Shown here one piece after another: positions 1 through 10,357 of a DNA stretch of 64,000 nt. Both the position numbers and the translations under genes were made by a program. The DNA comes from Macrostomum lignano (Eukaryota): NCBI GenBank assembly GCA_002269645.1, contig NIVC01003347.1, positions 1-64,000 on the forward strand, given 5' to 3'. The number at the start of each line of letters is the position of its first letter. The stretch's first letter is position 1. The notes under the pieces were generated by a model that made no database searches, had not been told where the DNA came from, and was given only the letters and a program-made list of their open reading frames with translations.

Positions 1-429
1 TTTTGATTCTTGTAGTCTGGCACCTGGCACCTTTGCCCTGTCTGCACGGTTGGACACTTATAAGCTGCACTTTACCTTTCTAGAACTGCATGCTAATTGC
101 TTGGCTTGCCTTAATTCTTTCTTGCAAAAACCAAATTCGTTGTCAGCTATTCGGCTTTGCATGATCATTTACTTTCTGTCGCGAGTACTTTGTGTTGGAA
201 ACTTCACAATGCTTGTTGATTTTTCTGTTTAACTCCTAAATTAAAAAATCACTCAATGCTTGTATGTAAAATTAAAATTCCGGTGAACAGAGCACAGAAG
301 CCAAAGAGGAGAACAGAGTTGATTTTTTTGAGTTGTGGTTTAGGATTTCTATACTGGTTGCTATGTGACTGTCTGTCTAGTAGACTGCAAAACTACCGCA
401 ATATAAGCTGAGGCCCGTCACATTTACAG

Positions 430-3400
430 GGCATCCTGGGCTCCGGATTCGCTCTGAAGGTGCAGCAACACCAGCGCCAGAAGCACCTGATCAGGCGCAG
501 AGTGCCGGCAGCCACTCTTATTCAGTCCCTGTGGCGCTGCTACGCGGCCGACCCGTCCAGCACCTCCATGGCAACCTGGAAGCCGCACATGCGGCCACTC
601 AGATCGCCCTCCAGGTGAGAGGAAATGCTAAAGAACAACTGGTTAATATACAAGCTGGATGCACATCAAATTGCACATACAAAGTAGTGCGGGGTGAGTG
701 GTTGGCGGGTTCGTTTCGGCGCATGGTCTGAATAATTTGATCTCCGTGCAGGAAAATCTGTGCGATTCACGTCAACCAGGGCCAAACCCCAAGGCACAGA
801 GTGCGCAAATGCCTGACTACGAGAAAGAGGGCCACTGACAATGAGAAAGTCAGGTCCCCTGTACATCCTGCGTGAGCATGTGCCTGAGTACGTACCCGTG
901 TGGCTGCTCAGGGATGAGAGGAATTGGCAGAACTGCTTGCCTCCTGTCCTGAGCCAACTTTCGGCAGTACTAAGCTAACTAACAAAAAATTATTGCAGTA
1001 AGTTCGGCCGCCTGTCCACCATCAAGCGGAACAAGTCGGAGCGGACGCACGCATCCGGCAGCTACACGCCGATTCGACGCAACGCCATGCCGGACCTGGA
1101 CCCCGCCAATCCGCAGGCTGCCGCGGAGGTCGCATTCGCTGTTGGGAAGTGAGTGCATCCACTGTCATTAATTCGCTGTAGCTCGATTGCACCCTGCAGT
1201 GAGCCCAAAGATAAAGCAAGTTCGATTTAGCTAGAATTTTCAATCTGCGTTTTCAACTAACCTGTGCTTGGCTTCATCTAAATAAGGGCACGATATTGCT
1301 GTTCCTGCATGCATTCAGCAGTGCCTGCCTGTGAACAAATTCAACTTTGAGAAGGTTGCACAAAAATGCTTTTTTGGCACACGCAACTACAACCTCCCCG
1401 ATCACGACAACTTACAGTGAGTTGTCCTCGGTTGATGAAGATGCCTTGTGCTCAGATGCGGATTCCATCGCGCACACTGCTCAGCCTCAGGAACAGCAGC
1501 AGCAGCAGCAAGAACAACAACTGCAGCGGGTTCCCCTGAACCTGGGAAAAAATCCATGATGCGGAAGTTCACGGATCTCGCCTCCTCTCTGCGGTGAAGA
1601 ACAAAAGTCTCTTTCTCATTTCCTCTCTTTTGCAGGCTTGACGCACTGTAAACGTGTTTTTATTCTCTTTTTAGTTTTTATCGATTTTTTCGACCAATTC
1701 ATCCGCGTGAACTCGCGCACGTTTACCTTTGCCTTTTAACTTGCAATCGCTTTGTTGATTGTTTTAGCTTTACTAATTGCTCTGTAAGCTTTCTATAGCT
1801 CTGCCATGTAAAAGACGCCTGGAGTCATGCGTACTACACGATTTTCGTTACTGTCCTTTGTACAGTTGTCTTGAGCAACTTGAATGAGAAAGTCAACTAA
1901 TCTAAATAAACTGAAAACAAGTCAACAAAGATAACTGAAAAGACATCATAACCGGAGCGAATGCTGGCCATTTCAGAAGCCACGTGTCGCTGGCAATGAC
2001 TGAAGCAGCTGCCACCAGCGCCGCTAACTTGGAGCAGCAACCGTCGCTGACGTCAATTGCGCACGACGGTGAGAAGATTGGGACCCACAAATTAATAAAG
2101 AACATGATGCACGTTGTCTATCTTATCGAATGTTATTCCAGAAGAGGAAACGCCAATGAAGCTCACCGAGGTGCACAAGACTGCTATTCGAGTGATTAGA
2201 AGAATCAAATACTTCGTTGCGAGGAAGAAATTTCGGGAAGCACTTCGACCGTACGATGTTAAGGATGTGATTGAGCAATATTCTGCTGGGCACGTGGACA
2301 TGCTGGCGAGAATCAAGGTGCTGCAGTTCAGGTTAGTTGGAATCTGTACCCAGTGACCTTTGGCCCCCTTGTACCTCTTGAACCCCCATGAACCCCATGA
2401 GCCCCTTGAACCTATTGAACCCCATACTACCAGCTTGTAACTCCAAAACTTTACAAACCCTATAACTTAATAATCTCAATTTTTCTAAACTTTTCATTTC
2501 AAAAACTTTCCTTCTCATAACATTTCACCAGGATACCATATCCCAACCCAACAGTAAATTATGAAGGCTCCACAAGTTGAAGCTTGAGTCACATGCTACT
2601 AAGCAATAAGCCTCTGCGGATTATGCAGAAAATCGAGGAGGAGCAAAAAATTGCTTCAGTTAAATCAGCAGTAGAATAATCTTCATTGACTTCGTTGCAG
2701 ACTGGATCAAATCCTGGGCCGACAGGGTAGCAAGGACAAGGATGCCTACGAGAGCAAAGTCAGTTTGGCCTCTCGAATCGTCAAAGTGGAGCGTTCGGTG
2801 AGCTAAGAACACTGCAGATTTGAGACTGCGATGGGAGATGAAGTGCCGATCTTCAATCGTCTGGGGTGCAAAAGCTACGGATTGAAGCCGAAAATTCTGT
2901 AGGCTTGTGGCTTGGGAAAAGGGTTAGCTGGTTCTAAGGGTAGTTATCGCGCTGAAAAGCCACAGGAAGTCGTGCAGGGATAGAATTAGTGTCTGTTGGG
3001 AAAATAACAGCAGAATTGCATGCAATTTCGTGAGAAGTAGCAAACAGATTCCTAGCGTCAGGCTTGGCTGCTCTTCCTTTTTTGCGTTTGAATTAATTCG
3101 TACTTTACTCGGCTGCAAAACACTTCAGATGGAAGACGTCGAGCGCAAGCTGGAGCTGCTGATCGACATGTACAAAGAGGATAGACGGGCTGCTTTCCCT
3201 AAAAAGATTTCGCCAGTCCCAGTCGGCCCTCCAAAGTCGCCGCCCCGGACGGCGGCAACGACGGTGGCGGCGCGGCCAGGGCGACGCTGAACTCCACCGG
3301 CAGCGCGGACAGCGACGCCAGAGAGTTTTCCAGCAGCCGGGAGTTTCCTCGCTCCGCGCCGCATCGAGGGAGCCTCCGAAGCCGGCGCTCCGTCCTGCGG

Positions 3401-4072
3401 CACGAGCAGGCCTCCGCGCCAGGGCTGCCGGCTCACAAGCTCGTTCGAAACTTCAGCGACTTGGGCCCGAGGCAGCCGAAGAGGGTAACGTACCATCACC
3501 CGCCGGACACGGCTCTGCCCGCGGTGGCAGGTCGCACGACCGCCGTTTGCGAGGCGCAAGTCCACAACGCTTTCGCCGCCAACCCCTCGGCACCGAGTCC
3601 GCCGCCCCCGCCTCTCAAGTCCCTCATCGACTTTGATGACGACGAAGATGACGAAGAGTGCTCCGGGAAGGCCGACGACACCGACGAAGACGACGCGTTC
3701 TGCAACACTCCGCCCGCCCCGCCACCGCCTCCGCCGCCTCCGCTGCCCCTTCGCAGCGCCCTCAAGCCCATGCGGAGCTGCCCGCCCGTCCCCGCCGCCA
3801 CGCCGCGTCCTGTAGCCGCACCGAACCGGCACAGCTTCACCAACCGCGCTCTGCAGGACGACTCTGAGGACGATGGAGAAGACCAGGAGAGCCGGCGACT
3901 GCTTGCTGCCCCGATGCCTGCCACCGCGCCCGGACCGCCAGGCAATTTTCCAGCGACTTCATCTCGGAAGCTGAGCGAGGCGTCCAGCGCAGCGGCTGTC
4001 GCCGCCACTCAGCCGGCTCTGATGCGGCCGGAGCTGACCGGCAAGCTGAGGAAGAAGAAGGCGCTTTACTGA
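430..4072 (+). CDS. KCNQ: KCNQ (Kv7) voltage-gated potassium channel, 3' part (S6 end and cytoplasmic helices A-D); 5' exons lie outside the window
   Basis: Phase-compatible GT-AG exons 430-614, 999-1148, 1977-2068, 2142-2331, 2701-2797, 3129-end. Translation gives [19 protein letters not shown], helix [15 protein letters not shown], helix [50 protein letters not shown], helix [24 protein letters not shown]. The last exon stops at 3290 as written or at 4072 after a -1 shift near 3201-3205. Confidence 0.95.
685..927 (+). mobile_element. tRNA-derived SINE-like element, family B (copy in KCNQ intron)
   Basis: A-box-like GGGTGAGTGGTT (692-703) and B-box-like GGGTTCGTTTC (707-717), followed by a body (GTGCGATTCA..CCCCAAGGCACAGAG..TGCCTGAC..GAGAAAGTCAGG..CTGTACA) shared with 38110-38230, 43981-44108 and 60939-61100. 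Confidence 0.6.
2375..2425. repeat. Short degenerate 9-10 bp tandem repeat (ACCCCATGA-like)
   Basis: About 5 consecutive variants read directly in a KCNQ intron. Confidence 0.6.
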
Positions 4073-5509
4073 TTTTATATTTCCTTCCGTCGCGTCTCTA
4101 CCTTCCTCATTGCGAATGACTCAACGAGAGATGTCTGCATGTACAACGAGAAACTCTTGGTGTGCCCAAGGAGCTTTGAGTCCAAGGACGATTTTTTCTA
4201 CTCAGTTTCGTCTACTACGCGAAGATGACAAAAACTAAACGATGGACAAATGCTTCACCGCCTCAGTGATTTCTCAAAAGCCACCATTTGTAGAACAGCC
4301 GCACATTATTGATAGGACTCTGGGTTTCTTCTTGGCTTTCCTCTAAAATTCTCACTCTACTGACTGATTTTCCAGTAAAAACTCGTTTATATTCCTATGT
4401 GTGAAGCGCATTAAATTAGATGTGAACTTCTTTGCAAGAATATACTGAGAGTAACAAACGAGGTTGAAGCGCTGTCTCAGAGGTAGCATTTTCCACTGAA
4501 ATTTATACATGCTTGAATACTCAGAGGATATAAAATCTGTGCTCAAACCAGTTTACTTCAGCAATTGGTTAAACACATCAAATTAATATCACTGTGCAAA
4601 TATCAACTTCTAATCGTGCAGGTATGCGAGTACCATCGTGAATATGTGCTGCAAATAAATAGATGGATATAAAATGAACGAGTGCCAAGCTGGTAGGGAT
4701 TAAAATATTGTTCGCAAACATATTGTGCACTAAGTTGAGAAAACCAAGTCTTCAAAATAATCGTACTAAGGTTAGCTTATTAATGGGCAAGTTTACTACA
4801 TAACTACGAAGATGTGCTTCGGTGCAAAGCAAGCTAATGTTATAGCAGAGGTGATCTGTGAACAGGGGAATAATTAAAACTTCCATCCACTCCAATCCAC
4901 TGGGATTTCGTGGAGAGCATCGAGTCTACAAAGAGCATTGAGAGCCAATGCCTGCCGCTGGTGTTGTCAAATTGACTGACGCCAAATACAATACCAGAGT
5001 CAGCTATTCACAACAAACGGACGCAAGGAAAAGATGCTGCCAGAGGGCAGAAGCCGCGCAGGTCACAGGCAGGTAATAGTGTGCATACCTGACTAAATGT
5101 GAGCGGTTTCATTCAGCAAAAATTCAAAGTACTCTCGTATATGCATGTGAAATACGGGACATGTCAAATCTTATCCCGCTGTGAGTTCATCTTGCTCTGC
5201 AGTCCTGCACTCAGTCTCAACTAGCAGTTGGACATAAATTTGTAATAAATTTTGCTTCAGTATTCACTTTGTTTTTGATCCGGGAGATTGAAAAGTCCTA
5301 ATAAGGCCTACAAAAACTAGGGGTGACAAAGCTTTGTAAATTTCCTTACTTTAGAGATCAACTTTCGGTCAAGAGCGTTTCAAACCCCCCCCCCCCCTGA
5401 GGATTAAAGATTGGTTATTCACTGATTTTGAGATGCATGAGTCAGAATCAAATGTCTCTGCTAATTTCAAGCCTGCAAACCAGGAGTCGATAGTTCTCCA
5501 CACTGGCGG

Positions 5510-7701
5510 TCACTTGGTGGACGAGTTTTCCGGACTGACGCGGTTGCGCAGCCGCAGGAACGTGTAGGCAAATGCATTGTAAACCCCGCCGAGGTTAGTG
5601 AAGGACACGGCCGCCTGGTAGTTGAAGGGCGTCAGCTTGCCGTTGCTAAAGTTCACGATGAAGAATACGAAGAGGGACAGCCATTGCAGGTACAGGATCA
5701 GGATGAACACCGTGAACTGCGTGGCCAGCCGGTTCATGCCGGAGTTGCTGCTGGACTCCGCCAGACCGCTGCGCCGCAGTCGCTGGGCGGACACGCAAAG
5801 CTTGATTGGGATCGCGGAGTAGCAGAAGGTGCCAACTGTGACCGTGATCCAGGGGAAAACGGCCTCGTAAACTATCGCTAGGGTCGAGTAGATTGGCAAA
5901 TTTATATCGATGCCGCACCTGCGAGATTATGCGGGTGCACCTGCAGACTTTCCTCTCTGACGAGCGTTCTCTCCAGAATGAAACCAATTAGCAATGATAG
6001 AGGAGAGAGAAGAGGAAAGAACAGATGACAGATGAGAAAAAAGGAGAGGCGCGAGGCGAGAAGATGAGATGAGAGATGGGAAGAGAGTAGAGGAGACACA
6101 AACCTTGAGTGGGTCGAATGGCTTTTGTAATAGTTTCAAAGGACCCCGAGGGCCCGATAGAGAGCTGGGATTTGCCGAACCTCTTCCCCTAGAAGCAGCA
6201 GACCTTACCAGAGACCAGCAAAGCCGAACCAGCCCACGCTGACACCAACAATGCTGAGTAGGCCTGGGATCAGGAAGGAAACCGATAGCAAAGCGATGTC
6301 AAACGATGGCCATTGCACCTGTAGATAGAAAAAAAGCATAGAAAAAAGAAAAAATAGTCTCATTCTATTGAAATTGAAATTCCGTGTGTACGAGCGTACA
6401 TTCCCCATTTTTAACATTTTGCTATCAACAGCAAAAGTAAACCCCGGTATCCAATTGTAGCTCTGAAAACGGGGGTAACATTGAAGAAATTCAGGGCCAA
6501 TGTACATGCTGTGCTAGGGTACAGTATCTACTATAGGTTTAGGTTTATGGTCTAGGTTACTTAGAATCAGGGGGGCTGTGTGCACCCTGGTGAACTTTAA
6601 GCGACATTGTCACACAACCGGTGTGAGGCATTACTGGGTCGCCATCATAAGCCCGAAGTGTCACAAACCCGAAATATCACAAACCCGAAATATCACAAAC
6701 CCGAAATATCATAACTCCGAAAAACAAAATAGCAACGCCCAGCATAAACCCGAAAAATCACAACTCCGAAAACAAAAATAGCATTGCCCACCATAAACTC
6801 GAAATATCATAACTTCGTAAGTGTTAGCAACGCCCATCAAAAACCCGAAATATCACAAATCCGAAATATCCTAACTCCGAAAACCAAAATAGTGTTGGAC
6901 ATTGCTAGAAATTCGGAATTATGATATTTCGGGTTTATGATGGAAAGCGGTTTTCGGAGTTGTGATGCCCCGCAGTCAAATTGTTGGCAATCAAATGGCT
7001 GGCAGGCAGTCCAGTGCCGTAGACCCCAGTAAAAGAGTAGCCAGGCGCAGGTCCAGCATGGGGGAAACCTATGACAATACTATATAAGTCTCTTCAATAT
7101 CTGTATCAAGGGTTCAAAAAACGTTGAAAAAGACAACAAAAAACTGACCCCAGCTGAGGTGGGTATGGCCCCGCTACGCTCACAACCCTGGACAACAGCG
7201 TACTGCTTCATGGAGTACCTTTTTTCCCAGGACGACACCGATGAAGGCAGACACGGCCACGAAGCTGGCTATCATGCAGCTGGCGTCGAGTCCCCAGTGA
7301 AAGAAGAAGGCGCAAATCTTGCAGACGAAGAAGTTAGTTGTCTCATTGTTCGCGTAGAGGATAATGTGGTCGATGCCGTGCGACGCGGTGAAGAAAATGT
7401 CGCCGATTGCGAGATAGATCTGAAATTCCAGTTCGTTTCGAAAGCGTCACTTGCTGTTTTATCTAAGCTTCAAAAACAAAAAAAGAAAAGCTGGAAAGCT
7501 CACCACAAGCCTGTCCATCATTGGCTTCTTCCTCAGCGGTACCCTGTAGCCCTTCATGACGAATGACAGCACAATGACAGAGCAGGACGCCACCACTGAG
7601 CACAGGCAGCAGCTGAATGCGATGACGTGAAGCTCGCGGATGAACTCGAGGCTAAGCGATCCAGCAGAAGGACTTTTAGTGGCATTGCTGCTTGAATTCA
7701 T
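5510..7701 (-). CDS. Orphan 7TM receptor, cAMP-receptor-like (CAR/GPR157/Git3-like) type, about 305 aa
   Basis: Exons 7701-7504, 7419-7219, 6318-6209, 5918-5510 join in frame (918 nt) through GT-AG introns. Seven hydrophobic segments, N-terminal sequons (MNSSSNAT), IYLAIGDIFF in TM2, Cys at the top of TM3 (FVCKIC), GLWCGID in ECL2, NLGGVYNAFAY in TM7. Subfamily call is from motif resemblance only. Confidence 0.8.
6636..6971. mobile_element. MITE-like foldback element built from 16-bp subterminal repeats (CACAAACCCGAAATAT)
   Basis: Direct repeats at 6660-6890 and the same motif inverted at 6915-6970 (TTCGGGTTTATGATGG, TTCGGAGTTGTGATG). No convincing TSD. Confidence 0.55.
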
Positions 7702-9429
7702 CGCGCCTGATTTCAACGACTTCTTTTGTCGAAAACCTTTGAACTGCTTTCCCACCTACCTCGAATGTTTCCGATCAAGCGACGCTGCTTTAAATCTTAG
7801 CGAAACTCACTGCGGTTGCCATGACAGTGGCAAACAAACTGCATGAATAATGAAAGCGTACACAACTAACTCAGCGCTAAGCAATGAGACTCTGGGAGAG
7901 CAACATCTGGCAACAACATGAGATCTTGCAGCCCGTGTAGCCACTCTGTTTTGCATGAAGGATATTTGAGCAAAGCAATCATTTCTTTTTCCATCTCAGT
8001 ACAGGTACTCAGCAGTAATTGAAGTCACTCCTCTCTTTTTGCTCTGCTTTTCGTTCAATCGCGCGCCTGTCAAGCGAAGCTGTTGACGCCCTGCCCTACT
8101 GTAAGCCTGCTGTTTACCTACGGGCCATGCAAACTCAACGAAAGATGCTGCATTTTTAACCCGACACACCTAAGAGAGCACTCGGACAGGGAAAAACAGA
8201 ATGAAGCCTATCTGGGCAATGTCTGTAGTGCAATAGTCCAGAGTCAAGACTTCCACTTGACGACTTCTTTAACGGTCTTTTTCAGCATGTAGACTAGAAG
8301 CTGCTGAAATAACTTCATAACAGCACTCTAGCTGAGCTCCTTGGCTGTTTCAGTAATGAGTAGTCAGGTAGTGATTTATTACACAAACTAATCAACCAAA
8401 CAGATGGAAGTTGCTAAAGTTAGAGTCGAGTTTGGTAGCATTTTTCCAAGGCGATGGAGCCAGTTGGAAGGACGCAAGGTTGGGCTTAGGCATAAAAAAC
8501 TCGATGGCCAATACCAGTATGAAAAACGATGAAGCATAGAAGCTCATGTAGACTCAGGTCACATTAATTTGGGGCTCATGCACAAAACTGGCCACGCCTT
8601 TAGCAATCAATTAAGCAATATGCAGCACCCGATCAGTATGACGTTCATTTTGCTGCCGCAGGCGAAATTTTACGTTTGGAAGGAAGGGAAACGGCCAGAT
8701 TTAGATTTTGTTGGTCCTTTTTAGAGCATTTCATTGTGCCTGCCTGCAATCAATAACTTCGGCGCTAGAAAATGAAGTTAGTAAGGAAATCAATTTCCGA
8801 ATTGGTCAAATTTGTGGCATCAAAAACCATTTTCGCAAAGCAAAACAACTTAAGTGTATTTTCTGAAATTTAAAACGCATTTACCATGAGGAAACGAAAA
8901 CAGTTAAAAGAAATACAAGCGCTATAATCTGGCTGGGAAATTGGGGCTTCAGCAGAGTTGAAACCTTTATAAGTTGCTGATACCAACTAACCAGAACAGT
9001 TAAGCAATATGTTACGATATCCGTGCTCTAATTTGTACTAAATAGCTTGTAAGGTCTTCAATTGGCAAAAATTAAAGAACTAAAAAATTTGATTTTGGAT
9101 ACCAATGCACAAAGGCATTTTTTCTATTAGAGGAGAATGAAGAGTACATTAACATCCGATACAACTCTGGGTATTTAAGTCATGAAAACTCCTACATTAG
9201 GATGTTTAAATTTGAAACAAAAACTATTAGAAACAGTATATAAATGAATAAAGCCCAGCTCTTAGCCAAGCACAAGCCATGGCTTGGGAGCGGGCACACA
9301 AGACAATCTTAAACAGCCGGGCACGAACAAAGAAATGAAAAGAACATGGTTGTAATTTTACTAGCGAGAACACTTAGACATTAGCAGAGAATACCTGGAC
9401 AGCATCCGTTTCTGACCTTATCGTTCTAA

Positions 9430-9986
9430 GGAAACCAAGACTTAGATTCCTAGTGGAAACCAAGACCTAGCTACCTAGTGGAAACCAAGACTTAGCTTCC
9501 TAGTGGAAACAAAGACTTAGCTTCCTAGTGGAAACCAAGACCTAGCTTCCTAGTGGAAACCAAGACCTAGCTTCCTAGTGGAAACCAAGACCTAGCTTCC
9601 TAGTGGAAACCAAGACTTTGCTTCCTAGTGGAAACAAAGACTTAGCTTCCTAGTGGAAACAAAGACTTAGCTTTCTAGTGGAAACAAAGACTTAGCTTTC
9701 TAGTGGAAACAAAGACTTAGCTTCCTAGTGGAAACAAAGACTTAGCTTCCTAGTGGAAACAAAGACTTAGCTTCCTAGTGGAAACAAAGACTTAGCTTCC
9801 TAGTGGAAACAAAAACTTAGCTCCCTAGTGGAAACCAAGACCTTCTTCCTACTGATGGAAACCAAGACCTTCTTCCTACTGATGGAAACCAAGACCTTCT
9901 TCCTACTGATGGAAACCAAGACCTTCCTCCTACTGATGGAAACCAAGACCTTCTTCCTACTGATGGAAACCAAGACCTAGCTTTCT
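9430..9986. repeat. Minisatellite: about 16 x 25-bp (AGTGGAAACCAAGACTTAGCTTCCT) then about 5 x 27-bp variant (ACTGATGGAAACCAAGACCTTCTTCCT)
   Basis: Read directly; head-to-tail units with no spacers. Confidence 0.95.
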
Positions 9987-10357
9987 AAAGGAAATATACG
10001 AAAATCTTAGAAGCACACGAGGCAACCCAGAAAAGGAGGCAACAGTTTACCGGAATCGAATGAAAACAGTATAAAAAGCAGCCAAGCTAATTGTACACAA
10101 TAAGCACGAGAGAGCATTCGAATGGATGGGACCTTAATAGTGGATTTCTGACTAAATATTAATAATTACTATTCTCGAGATAGTTCAAAAGTAATATTTG
10201 ACAACGCTCCGCAACACGCAGTGGCGAGAATGGATCAAAACAAAGGAGACCAGGTGAAAAAACCGGACTCGCAGTAGAACCAAGAAACTTCCAGCTAGCT
10301 GTCCCAATATGCAGTCCTTTCCAATAGGCGGCGACACTGCTTGTTTAGAAAAAATGC

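Noticed and set aside
3125-4008. Long antisense ORFs over the KCNQ tail (and similar ones over CBP, osr, DEG/ENaC and protocadherin exons)
   Set aside because: Shadow frames of GC-rich coding sequence.
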